64,000 nt of DNA. Source: Terriglobia bacterium (GTDB taxonomy: Bacteria > Acidobacteriota > Terriglobia > 20CM-2-55-15). Where the stretch lies: positions 1 to 64,000 of the forward strand of contig CBDCLE010000003.1 of assembly GCA_965218585.1 (NCBI GenBank), given 5' to 3'. Each line of letters opens with the position of its first letter. The first letter of the stretch is position 1. Position numbers and translations under genes: made by a program. The notes under the pieces are model-generated. The model ran no database searches. It was not told where the DNA came from and worked only from the letters and a program-made list of their open reading frames with translations. Positions 19,581 to 29,174 of this stretch are shown one piece after another.

Positions 19581-21203
19581 GTGCGGAACTTCTTATTGCA
19601 GTCCTTGAGACTACTCGTTGTGTTTTCGATGGCAGGCGTACTGCCAGCGCAAGAGGTAGAGCCGGACCTGATACTTCTGGACGGCAAAGTACTGACTGTC
19701 GACGATGATTTTTCTGTCGCAGAAGCAGTCGCCGTCGCCGATGGCAGAATCCTCGCCTTAGGTAGCAACGAAGAGATCCGCCTCCTGGCCGGACCCGCAA
19801 CGAGGATCATCGAGCTAGAGGGTAGAACGGTGATCCCAGGTCTTATAGACAACCATTCGCACGCGACGTCGACCGCCCGGGAGTGGTCTCGAAGCGTTTC
19901 GCTGGAGGGTGCTCTATCTCGTGAGGTCGCACTCGCCCGCATCGCCGCTCGAGCTGCGGATGTTGGACCGGGAGAATGGATCTTTGCGTTGCGTGGCTGG
20001 ACTCCCGGACAGTTCCCGGACCAGCCAGGGCCCCTTACCCTAGAGGAATTGGATGAAGCGGCCCCCGACAATCCCGTTCTGGTCGTGGCCGGGATGGAGC
20101 GCATGGGTACGGCCAATGGCCGGGCGATGGCCCTGGCCGATATCGACAACGCTGGAGGCCAGGTCGAGGGACCAGACGTAAACCGCATTATTCAAGCCGC
20201 CGGTGAAGCAGAATCATGGCGGGCTGGAATAACGAGACTCGCCCGGGATTTCGTCAACGTGGGGTTGACGACTGTTTTCGATCCACGTTCCGGTTTCATG
20301 GGCCAGCACACGTTTTATGAACCCGTGGAACAAGCTTACGAAAGCGGTGAGCTCCCCGTGCGTTTCTTCCACACCCTAAACGGTCAGGGAGGACGTGATC
20401 GTTCAAGGGGCGCGGATCAGATTTCCGAGGAACTCGAAAACACCGTACCGTTACAGGGCAACGATCGGCTGGGACAGTTCGGCTTTGGAGAAGATACGTT
20501 GCGCGGCCTGCGTGACACGTTTGTACAACCTTTCCAGCGTACGCCGGAGGTCACAGCCGACTTTCTCGCCATCTCGATGGCCGCCGCACAAGCGGGCTGG
20601 CAGTTTCACGAACATTCCCATCTGGAAGAAAAAATCAGCTTCGTAATCGACATGTACGAACAGGTCAATCGAACCTACCCTATCGGAGATCTCCGCTGGA
20701 CCCTGCATCACGCCACCTATCTCTCCGCCGATGATATTCCCCGGCTCAACGCCCTGGGGATTGGTGTCGCCATACACAGTCACGGAGCGCTCAAGGTAGG
20801 CAGCTCCGGTCGTGAAGCGGCCATAACCGCCCCACCGCCAGCGAAAGCACTTGAAGATGCGGGCGTGGTCTGGGGCCTGGGAACGGACTTCGGCGGACCG
20901 CCACTGACGGGATTCAATCCGTTCATTACGCTGGGGTGGGCTGTAACAGGCGAGACTCTGACCGGAGAGATCGTGATGTCCGAGACCGTTTCCCGTCGGG
21001 CCGCGCTTGCCGCACACACACGCTCCAACGCCTACCTGCTCCACAAGGAAGCCGTCCTCGGTACGCTGGAGCCCGGCAAATATGCGGACCTTGTCGTACT
21101 TGACCGGGATTACATGACGATACCGACCGAGGAGATCAAACTCATTCGGCCGGTACTAACGATGGTCGGTGGAGAAGTGGTATTCGAGGCGGACGCCAGA
21201 TAG
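19581..21203 (+). CDS. Secreted amidohydrolase 3 (YtcJ-like)
   Basis: Signal peptide; LEGRTVIPGLIDNHSH, GTD, LGTLEPGKYADLVVLDRD. Confidence 0.88.
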   Translation: MRNFLLQSLRLLVVFSMAGVLPAQEVEPDLILLDGKVLTVDDDFSVAEAVAVADGRILALGSNEEIRLLAGPATRIIELEGRTVIPGLIDNHSHATSTAREWSRSVSLEGALSREVALARIAARAADVGPGEWIFALRGWTPGQFPDQPGPLTLEELDEAAPDNPVLVVAGMERMGTANGRAMALADIDNAGGQVEGPDVNRIIQAAGEAESWRAGITRLARDFVNVGLTTVFDPRSGFMGQHTFYEPVEQAYESGELPVRFFHTLNGQGGRDRSRGADQISEELENTVPLQGNDRLGQFGFGEDTLRGLRDTFVQPFQRTPEVTADFLAISMAAAQAGWQFHEHSHLEEKISFVIDMYEQVNRTYPIGDLRWTLHHATYLSADDIPRLNALGIGVAIHSHGALKVGSSGREAAITAPPPAKALEDAGVVWGLGTDFGGPPLTGFNPFITLGWAVTGETLTGEIVMSETVSRRAALAAHTRSNAYLLHKEAVLGTLEPGKYADLVVLDRDYMTIPTEEIKLIRPVLTMVGGEVVFEADAR

Positions 21204-21240
21204 CGCGCTGGCAGAGTCCGTATCGGATCGTAATCTCAGC

Positions 21241-22170
21241 TCAAAATTCGATGGTCGCCGAAATGGGGAGGTGATCTGAGGCACCATTGGCGCCAAGCGT
21301 CTGATCATTTCTGATGACTTCCCCCGCGACCACGTTGGCCGACTCGCTGACGAACAGCCAGTCGATTCCCGGTTCATCCGGGAAAGGCAGACGCTCTCCT
21401 CTCCCGCGTCCGCCACGTCCCCGGCCCCCACGGCCGCCGCCCGGCGGCTGCCCCCGGCCCTGCCCGCCGCCGCGTCCCGCCAGCGTCCTCGGTTTCTCAC
21501 CCGTATTTCCAGGGGCCGCCGCCCAGCTGTCCTTCAGAGAAAGGGGATTCTCTCTACCATTGACCGGCAACGGACGCTGTTCCAGAAAAAATCTCGTTGA
21601 ATTGCTTGAAGCGAAGATGTTCAGATCGCCCCCGATGATCTGCACAAGGCCATCTTCGGCGTGATCGGCCATGACATCCATGATTCCGCTCGCTTGCAGC
21701 TGGTTTGCTTCTTCGTTGGTGTAATCCTCGAGGGAATTCTGGAGGATGAAGCAGAGATGTGTGTTGTAGTAGATGAACTGCTCGCCTGAATCGGGTTCCT
21801 CGAGTCTCAACCAGTTGACCTGACGGTCGATCGCGCACCTCACGAGTGACGAACTTCCCTGGTCCAGCAGGCGGAGGCCGCTATCCTTGCGTATGAAAAC
21901 AGGATTGGACGTACTCTCGAAGTACACGGAGAAATCTTCGCTGAGCGTGGTCAGGAGATAGTCGACGTTTTCTCCCAGGAACTCCTGAAGGCCGACGATG
22001 TCCGGTTCCTGATCCCGGATGACCGCGGCAATCTGGTCCCCTCGTGCCTCATCCCAGTTTGCCAACACGTTGTACGACATGATCTTCACGGAGTCTGCGC
22101 GCACAATGTTTGCCGATCCGGCGAACGCAAGAACGACAACGGCTAAGGAATGGATGATTCTATAGGTCAC
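21241..22170 (-). CDS. Secreted endonuclease/exonuclease/phosphatase-family protein
   Basis: MSYNV, PDIVGLQE, NTHL, GDLN, IDWLF, SDHLP; RGG insert. Confidence 0.88.
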   Translation of the reverse strand: MTYRIIHSLAVVVLAFAGSANIVRADSVKIMSYNVLANWDEARGDQIAAVIRDQEPDIVGLQEFLGENVDYLLTTLSEDFSVYFESTSNPVFIRKDSGLRLLDQGSSSLVRCAIDRQVNWLRLEEPDSGEQFIYYNTHLCFILQNSLEDYTNEEANQLQASGIMDVMADHAEDGLVQIIGGDLNIFASSNSTRFFLEQRPLPVNGRENPLSLKDSWAAAPGNTGEKPRTLAGRGGGQGRGQPPGGGRGGRGRGGRGRGERLPFPDEPGIDWLFVSESANVVAGEVIRNDQTLGANGASDHLPISATIEF

Positions 22171-22299
22171 GATTCTCCCCCGTTTGCTCTATGCTATTTC
22201 GTTGAAAGTCAGTTTCCGCATCTTACTATAGGCACAACCCTCAGGTATCGCTTTCGATGAGACCGACTGCGCTGGGGGGAAAAACGAAGGAGATGTGTA

Positions 22300-24046
22300 A
22301 TGAGAGAACCCCGAGCATCCGGTGGTTTCGGATTTCTCGTAGTGTCGACCCTGACATGTTTGCTTCTTCTGTCCGGGCAGGCTGTGGGCCAGGTCTCTAC
22401 GCTCGAGGACCCCTGCGTCGGCATCAACGACTTCGTGTTGATGAACGCAAAGATCCTGACGATTGACACCGATAATCCGACCGCATCGGCGATCAGAGTC
22501 CAGGGCGAGAGAATCGTCGCCGTGGGCGAGGAAACAGGCGAACCGAATGTCTGTACAAGAACCGTAGACCTTGAGGGCCGGACCGTTATCCCGGGACTGA
22601 TCAACTCGCATCTCCACTTCGCAAGACAGGCCATTCGGCCGGGCTACGTATTCAAAGGCATCATCAAGGCGTTCAACATCCCGGACCTGCAGGAAGCACT
22701 GTCAGCAAGGGCGGCCGAAGTGCCCGAAGGCGAGTGGATTACGACCTTCGGAGGTTGGACGCCGGGCCAGTTTGAAGAAAACCGCGTTCCCACAGCGGAT
22801 GAATTGAGTGTGACCGCACCCAGACACCCTGTGTTCCTGATGACCTATCCGTTCGGGCCCACGGTGACCAACGATCTCGGCAAAGTGTTCTTTGAAGCCA
22901 GAGGAATTACGGTCGGACCCGCCGAGGTGGAAACCAGAAATCCCCTCTCCGGTGCGATGGAAACCGTAATGCTGGGACCCGGTGAACTCGCCCAGGCCGA
23001 CAAGCCGGCAGCGCATGACGCGCTGGTTGCGGAGCAGACAGAGGCGGACCGGAACCGGTCGGTTCGCGAACTCATGCACTATTCGGCAAGTCTGGGTCTT
23101 ACGAACGCACTGGACATGGGTGGATTACTTCCGTTTGCCGGCCTGTTCGATGAACTCAGGGGCTACGACCCGATCCTGGAAGTCTGGAAGGAAGGTGGTG
23201 CCACCATGCGGTTGCGCCTGGTGTTCCAGAACAACGACCGGGGTGATTCGCCTAGCGACCTCAAAGGGAGGATGGACTACGCGTTCCCCGGGTTCGGCGA
23301 TGACATGTTGCGGACCATTGGAATCGGGGAAGACGTGGTCAACCGTCAAGGGGGGAGGTCATCTTCTCCTGCCGGCGTACCGGATGGCAGCCGAGCACGG
23401 ATGGCTCGTGCATCAACACTCCCAGGTTCCGGAAGAACAGGAGCTTCATACGGCAGCGTTTGAAGAGATCAACGCGGAATATCCCCTCCGAGAGCTGCAC
23501 TGGTCCATCGCGCACATGTTCGGCGTGGACGAGGAGACGCTGGATCGGCACAAAGCCATGGGATTGGGTGTGTCGGTTCAATCTCTCTTTTATCTGGCGG
23601 CGGTACCCTTGGCCCCAGGTCCACCGTATCGGCGCATCGTGGACAGCGGAATTGTCGTTGGCGGGGGGACTGACGGTCAGCCGATGTCACCGTGGACGTC
23701 GATGTGGCACATGACGACTGGGAAAACCGTTCGCGGCAACGTCGTGCTGCCGGACGATATTCTCACGCGTGAGGAAGCGCTGGAGATCTACACGAAAGGC
23801 AGCGCTTGGTTTACGCGAGATGACCAGGAGTTGGGGACGCTCGAGGTGGGCAAAGTCGCGGACATCGTCGTGCTTTCCGACGATTTTCTGGAGACTCCGG
23901 ACGAGCGATTCCGGGACATCCACTCGGTGCTGACGGTAGTCGGCGGTGACATAGTCTATTCGGACAACAGCGTCGTCCTGTGCTCGGACTCCCAAATCGA
24001 CGCGGCGTGGTATCGCGAGTCGCGCGATCAGCGCTGTGGGTTCTAA
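22300..24046 (+). pseudogene. Secreted amidohydrolase 3, frameshifted in G run 23350-23355
   Basis: GRTVIPGLINSHLH in one frame; AAEHGW..HQHS, GTD, GTLEVGKVAD in the next frame. Removing one G joins them. Confidence 0.78.
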
Positions 24047-24147
24047 TTCCCGGACCATCGCCATTGGGTTAAGAGAAATTTACGAACCCAGGTGACATCC
24101 GTTGAGCTATTCTAAAGCGGCAAACCATTGTCATAGGGGTAGATACC

Positions 24148-25236
24148 ATGCGTAGATTGATTTTTCTGTTAATGCTCGTCCCGGTTTTTTCGCCCTTGGC
24201 TCATGCGCACCATTCGCGTGCGATGTTCCAGCTCAACGAAACTATAGAGATCGAAGGCACCGTCACAGAGGTCGCCTGGAAAAGCCCCCATGTCTACGTC
24301 GCCGTCGAGGCGATTACTGACACTGGAGCGAGGGAGCCCTGGATCTTTGAGGGACATACCATTGCCGGCCTCCTCGGCAATGGCTGGCAGCGGGAGTCCG
24401 TAGAAGCGGGTGACCGTGTGGTCGTTGTGGCGAATCCCAATCGCAACCCCCGAACCAGATTTGGTCTGTTGGACAACGTCACGCTTGTCGATGGTTCCAC
24501 GTTTTATTCGTTCCGAGTCCCCCGGGGAGCCGACGCCGATCGTCCGAATCGCACACCCACAGCCCCTTCAACGGATTTCTCGGGCACCTGGCGGAGCGGG
24601 GGTGGTCCCGGTGGCGCGGCTGGGGCGGGTCGGGGCGCGGGAGGTGCGGACCGCAACCTCCAGCGGGCACTTGTGGGCGGATTCCAACCTCCAGTCGGTT
24701 GGCCACTCACCGAACAAGCCCAGGCGCAGGTAGATGTATTCGACTTGAACGACGACCCCTGGCTCGACTGCGTTCCCCTGGGAGTTCCCAGAACCGTACT
24801 ATCGCCGTTCAGCCACGGCTGGACTCGCCGAGAAGACAGCATCGTGATCGACAAGGAGCTTTCTCCCATCGATCGTGTGATCCATCTGGATGGATCCGGG
24901 CGAGGAGAGGATTTCGAGCCGGATCTGCTGGGCTATTCCGTTGGACGTATCGAAGACGATGGCACGTTGGTGGTCGAGACCACCGGTTTTGCCGCTACCG
25001 AGTGGGGTCTTGAACGGGGCATCGATTCAAGCGAGCAGAAGCGTGTAACCGAGCGATTCAAATTGACCGGCGATGGCTACCAGATGACCGTGTCCTACAC
25101 CGTCGAAGACCCGGTTTTTCTTGCTGAGCCCGTGACCATCGAAGGGATGTATCGAAAAGTTGCCGACCACGAACTGGTCAACGAACCGTGCGATCTCGAG
25201 ACCACCCGTCGACATCTGGAATTCGAGCAGGAATGA
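24148..25236 (+). CDS. Module H + module C fusion
   Basis: AHA-HHS, WKSPH, then DFSGTW, CVPLGVPR, GYSVGRIE, EDP, EPC. Confidence 0.82.
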   Translation: MRRLIFLLMLVPVFSPLAHAHHSRAMFQLNETIEIEGTVTEVAWKSPHVYVAVEAITDTGAREPWIFEGHTIAGLLGNGWQRESVEAGDRVVVVANPNRNPRTRFGLLDNVTLVDGSTFYSFRVPRGADADRPNRTPTAPSTDFSGTWRSGGGPGGAAGAGRGAGGADRNLQRALVGGFQPPVGWPLTEQAQAQVDVFDLNDDPWLDCVPLGVPRTVLSPFSHGWTRREDSIVIDKELSPIDRVIHLDGSGRGEDFEPDLLGYSVGRIEDDGTLVVETTGFAATEWGLERGIDSSEQKRVTERFKLTGDGYQMTVSYTVEDPVFLAEPVTIEGMYRKVADHELVNEPCDLETTRRHLEFEQE

Positions 25237-25301
25237 TTTGGGCAAGTGCGTCCGTCTCCCGTCGATCATCAGGACCCGATCCCATTCGAAGGAGAATCAA
25301 A

Positions 25302-27299
25302 ATGAGACCCGTTAGAAGCGGCCTGGGGTGGAGCGCACCTCTGGCTACAGTCTTGGTGATGTTGCTCGCGTCTTCTCCGTTGTTCTCCCAGCAGATCGGA
25401 ACCGAGAACGGCGAGTGGCGCTACTGGGGCGGCGACGAGGGGAGCAGCCGCTATTCACCTCTCGACCAGATCGATCGAAACAACGTCGCGTCGCTTGAAG
25501 TCGCCTGGCGCTGGAAGGCAGCGAACTTTGGTCCCTCGCCCGATTACGTCTATCGCTCAACTCCCCTCAAGGTCGGCGACAAACTGTTCACAGTGGCCGG
25601 TTCGCGGCGGACTGTAGTCGCGATCGATCCGGCTACGGGCGAAAGTCTCTGGATGTATCGGATGAAGGAGACGCCGCGATGGGCGTCGTCGACCCGGCAG
25701 AGCCATGGGAAAGGCCTCGCTCACGCCAACGTCGACGGTCGGGACGTGATCTACACGATCGATCCAGGCTATTACCTTACTGCTCTTGATGCCGAGACCG
25801 GTCAGCCCGTGCCTTACTTCGGGATCAACGGCGTAGTCGATCTGATGCTCGGATTGGGGCCGTACCCGGTAGACCCGGAACGCGGCATCCTCGACTACGG
25901 CAACATCACGTCGTCGTCTCCGGCCATCGTGGTCAATGGAGTCATCGTGGTTGGGAACTCCCATGACCAGTACCAGGACACCCCGCAGAACATTCCCGGC
26001 CACATCCGAGGCTACGACGCAAAAACCGGGCAGCACCTGTGGACGTTTCACGTCTTGCCACAACCGGGTGAGCCTGGCCACGAGACCTGGGAAGGGGACT
26101 CCTGGATGTACACGGGAAACATTTCCTCCTGGGCTCCGCTTTCCGCCGATTCCGAGCGCGGCCTCGTATTCATTCCAACCGATACGCCAACCGGGGATTA
26201 CTACGGCGGTCACCGGCTCGGCCAGAACCTTTACGGGACAAGCCTTCTGGCTCTGGACGTCCAGACCGGTGAACTCGAGTGGTATTACCAGATGGTGCAC
26301 CACGACATCTGGAACATGGACAACCCGATCGCACCCAAAGTCGTGGATGTCACCATGGCCGATGGCAGCCGGGTTCCCATGGTGGCACAGGCGACCAAGC
26401 AGGGATGGCTGTACGTATTCAATCGGGAAACAGGAGAGCCCGTCTGGCCAATCGTAGAACGGCCCGTACCGCAGTCCGATGTGCCGGGCGAAGGAACCTG
26501 GCCCACTCAACCGTTTGTGACAAAACCGCCCCCGTTCGAGCTGCAGGGACTGACCGAAGACGATCTGATCGATTTCACGCCCGAACTCCGGGCCCAGGCT
26601 CTGGAGCTTGCGAGCCAGTATCGTCTGGCACCCCATCCTTTCAATCCACCGTCTCTTTTCGACGCCTCCAGCGGAAATCGCGGATCGATCGTTATGCCGG
26701 GTCCGCTCGGTGGGGCCAACATTCCGGGTGGTGCTTCTGTGGACCCGGAGACAGGGATGGTTTACACCGCCAGCATTCGGGACGCCAGTGCCTACTCACT
26801 GGAACTGGGACCCGAGCAGGCTGCAGTCGCTGAAGGAAACGCCTCGCCTGCGCCGCCCCCGATGGATTATGTGGAGGGTCCAGGTTTTGTGCGCGGCCCC
26901 CAGGGATTGCCATTGTGGAAACCTCCTTACGGGAGCATCACGGCCACCGACCTGACGGTGGGTGAAACAGCCTGGAGGATTCCCAACGGAGATACACCGG
27001 AGAGTATTCGAAACCATCCGGCGTTGGCCGGAGTCGACATTCCCAATACCGGCCAGGACTCTCAGGCCACGATCCTGGCGACGAAATCACTCCTCTTCTA
27101 CGGCGAGGGCCGCCAGGGTGAACCCATGTTTCATGCCGTGGACAAGGAGACAGGAGCGGAAATAGCGAGGATCGAACTGCCGGCACCGACCAATACGGCA
27201 CCGATGACGTACATGCACGAGGGTAGGCAGTACATCGTCATGGCGATCGCGGGAACTGACTTCGAAGCCGAGTTGGTAGCGTTGAGACTTCCGGAGTAA
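25302..27299 (+). CDS. Secreted PQQ-dependent dehydrogenase (glucose dehydrogenase-like, no membrane anchor)
   Basis: SRYSPLDQI, Trp-docking repeats (ALDAETG, ALDVQTGELEW), HHDIW, PPYG, PMTYMHEGRQYIV. Confidence 0.9.
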   Translation: MRPVRSGLGWSAPLATVLVMLLASSPLFSQQIGTENGEWRYWGGDEGSSRYSPLDQIDRNNVASLEVAWRWKAANFGPSPDYVYRSTPLKVGDKLFTVAGSRRTVVAIDPATGESLWMYRMKETPRWASSTRQSHGKGLAHANVDGRDVIYTIDPGYYLTALDAETGQPVPYFGINGVVDLMLGLGPYPVDPERGILDYGNITSSSPAIVVNGVIVVGNSHDQYQDTPQNIPGHIRGYDAKTGQHLWTFHVLPQPGEPGHETWEGDSWMYTGNISSWAPLSADSERGLVFIPTDTPTGDYYGGHRLGQNLYGTSLLALDVQTGELEWYYQMVHHDIWNMDNPIAPKVVDVTMADGSRVPMVAQATKQGWLYVFNRETGEPVWPIVERPVPQSDVPGEGTWPTQPFVTKPPPFELQGLTEDDLIDFTPELRAQALELASQYRLAPHPFNPPSLFDASSGNRGSIVMPGPLGGANIPGGASVDPETGMVYTASIRDASAYSLELGPEQAAVAEGNASPAPPPMDYVEGPGFVRGPQGLPLWKPPYGSITATDLTVGETAWRIPNGDTPESIRNHPALAGVDIPNTGQDSQATILATKSLLFYGEGRQGEPMFHAVDKETGAEIARIELPAPTNTAPMTYMHEGRQYIVMAIAGTDFEAELVALRLPE

Positions 27300-27327
27300 G
27301 AAAAGACAAGGGCGTTCACATTAGATT

Positions 27328-27352
27328 GTGCGCTCATAGAGCGCACCTACAG
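27328..27352 (-). repeat. GTAG-type REP palindrome, copy 2
   Basis: GTGCGCTC-ATA-GAGCGCAC-CTACAG; differs from copy 1 only at one loop base. Confidence 0.7.
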
Positions 27353-27356
27353 GGGA

Positions 27357-29162
27357 TCATCCGGCGGGGCGGATCTGGCAGCGTTCCTCTGGGTCCAGTC
27401 GGTGCCAGGGCCCGGCCTGATCGGGGCTGCACGCCACCAAGCTCCCGTCGGAGTAGACCACTTCACCGCCGATCAGAGTCAGAACCGACGTCAAGGACCT
27501 CAGATCCTCATCAGGCACGGTGAGATAGTCGTCGGAGAGAACGACCAGATCCGCCAGCTTGCCCTCCTCAATCGATCCAAGCGCTTCCTCTTCCAATGCA
27601 AACCAGGCACTGCCCAGAGTCGATATGCGCAGGGCCTCCATTCGCGTGATCTTCTGGTCTGCCAGGATCGGCTCTCCTGAGGAAGTGTTGCCCGTCGTCA
27701 TGTGGTAGATCCACACCCACGGCACGTAAGTTCCTGCGTCGCTCCCGGCTCCCATGGGGACGCCGCTGTCGAGGATGCGGCGATACGGCGGTCCAACTTC
27801 TCCCAGGGGGGAAGAGCCATGGTACCAGTGCATCTGGACGGCGACTCCGGCACCCATCGCGTCGAGCCGGCCGAGGATTTCCTCGTCGATTTCGAACACG
27901 TGCGAAAGATTCCAATGCAGATCAGCGATGGGGATCGTGCGATTCACTCTCTCGAAGGCGGTCGTGTGCCGCTCCAGTTCTTCCACGTCGATGGAGTGCT
28001 GGTGGACGATCCAGCCGCTTTCTGCGGCGATCCTGAAGGCTTCTTCGAATAACTCCATCGGCTGGATGGGGGTTGTTTCTGCGACGATGTTCTCTCCAAA
28101 GCCGGCGATCCTGTACATGTCATCGCCCAACCCCATGGACGTGTTGTCGACGCGAGCCTGGATAGCGTCAATACCCGCTGCGTTTCTGGCCGCGGACTGC
28201 AATTGCGCCCTGAATCGGACTGTGAGCTCCCCCTCGCGCCAGAGTGCCAAGATGGCCTCGTAGTCCGTGTATTCATTGAACTCTCCAGGTCCTGGAAAGG
28301 ATCCGCCCCCTTCCAGGATCGTGGACATTCCGACGGTGTTGGAGTGCTGCATGATGTCGGTCAGGGATCGCTTCTTGTCCTCCAGGGTCTGATCGCGGGC
28401 CAGCACGGCGTAATCCGTCTGGGCATCTGTCAGGGTTGATGCGGGTGGACCCCCCAGCCGGCCGTCATCGGCCACGGAAACCCCGTTCATTTCAAGAAAA
28501 CTCTTTCCCACACTGTTAGTCGCTCCGGGGCCGGCAGGGTATTGCATCATGAACACGGCGTGATCAGGCGCCGCTCGATCGAGCTCTGCCAGCGTAGGCA
28601 GGCGTTTCTCGGCGAACTGTGCAGGATTCCATGCATCCACTATGCTGATGAAGTCACGCCCGCTGATATCCCCCGAAGCTGCGGGTAGAGACGCTGCGCG
28701 ATCAGCGATTGCGGCTTGGAGGTCCGGGATCGAAAAGGCCGTTTCTATGGCTCGGACGTCGTGGCCCGGCCGCATGCCGCCCCGCAGATAGTGGGCGTGG
28801 ACATTGATGAGGCCCGGGACAACGGTCCGGCCCGCGAGATCGACGATCTCGGTGCAGGCGTCGACTTCGCCGATATCGTCTCCCACCGCAGCGATCCGGT
28901 CCCCCCTGACGCGAACTGTGGACACAATGGAGTCGTTTTGATCGATGGTCAGGATCTGCCCGTTGGTCAGGACAAGGTCGCCCGCGCTTTGGCAGATCCC
29001 GGCCCCAATCTGGTCGCCCGCCGGATTGCAGCTCGCAAGTGCCAGTATCAGGACTGCCATCAGCAGTGTGATCGAGCGACGCGTTTCTATGCTCGGAGCC
29101 CGGCTCCGACGCGGGGCTATGATATCCATACGTCTCCTTGTCATCGTGTTCATCGTGTTCAT
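27357..29162 (-). CDS. Amidohydrolase 3 lipoprotein (start uncertain)
   Basis: LASC lipobox; GRTVVPGLINVHAH, HQHS, GSD, GSIEEGKLADLVVLS. Confidence 0.86.
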   Translation of the reverse strand: MNTMNTMTRRRMDIIAPRRSRAPSIETRRSITLLMAVLILALASCNPAGDQIGAGICQSAGDLVLTNGQILTIDQNDSIVSTVRVRGDRIAAVGDDIGEVDACTEIVDLAGRTVVPGLINVHAHYLRGGMRPGHDVRAIETAFSIPDLQAAIADRAASLPAASGDISGRDFISIVDAWNPAQFAEKRLPTLAELDRAAPDHAVFMMQYPAGPGATNSVGKSFLEMNGVSVADDGRLGGPPASTLTDAQTDYAVLARDQTLEDKKRSLTDIMQHSNTVGMSTILEGGGSFPGPGEFNEYTDYEAILALWREGELTVRFRAQLQSAARNAAGIDAIQARVDNTSMGLGDDMYRIAGFGENIVAETTPIQPMELFEEAFRIAAESGWIVHQHSIDVEELERHTTAFERVNRTIPIADLHWNLSHVFEIDEEILGRLDAMGAGVAVQMHWYHGSSPLGEVGPPYRRILDSGVPMGAGSDAGTYVPWVWIYHMTTGNTSSGEPILADQKITRMEALRISTLGSAWFALEEEALGSIEEGKLADLVVLSDDYLTVPDEDLRSLTSVLTLIGGEVVYSDGSLVACSPDQAGPWHRLDPEERCQIRPAG

Positions 29163-29174
29163 CGTGATGGAAGT

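Noticed and set aside
29142-29168. CATCGTGTT tandem triplication at the amidohydrolase start
   Set aside because: Only about three 9-nt units with no spacers; not a CRISPR array and probably trivial slippage.
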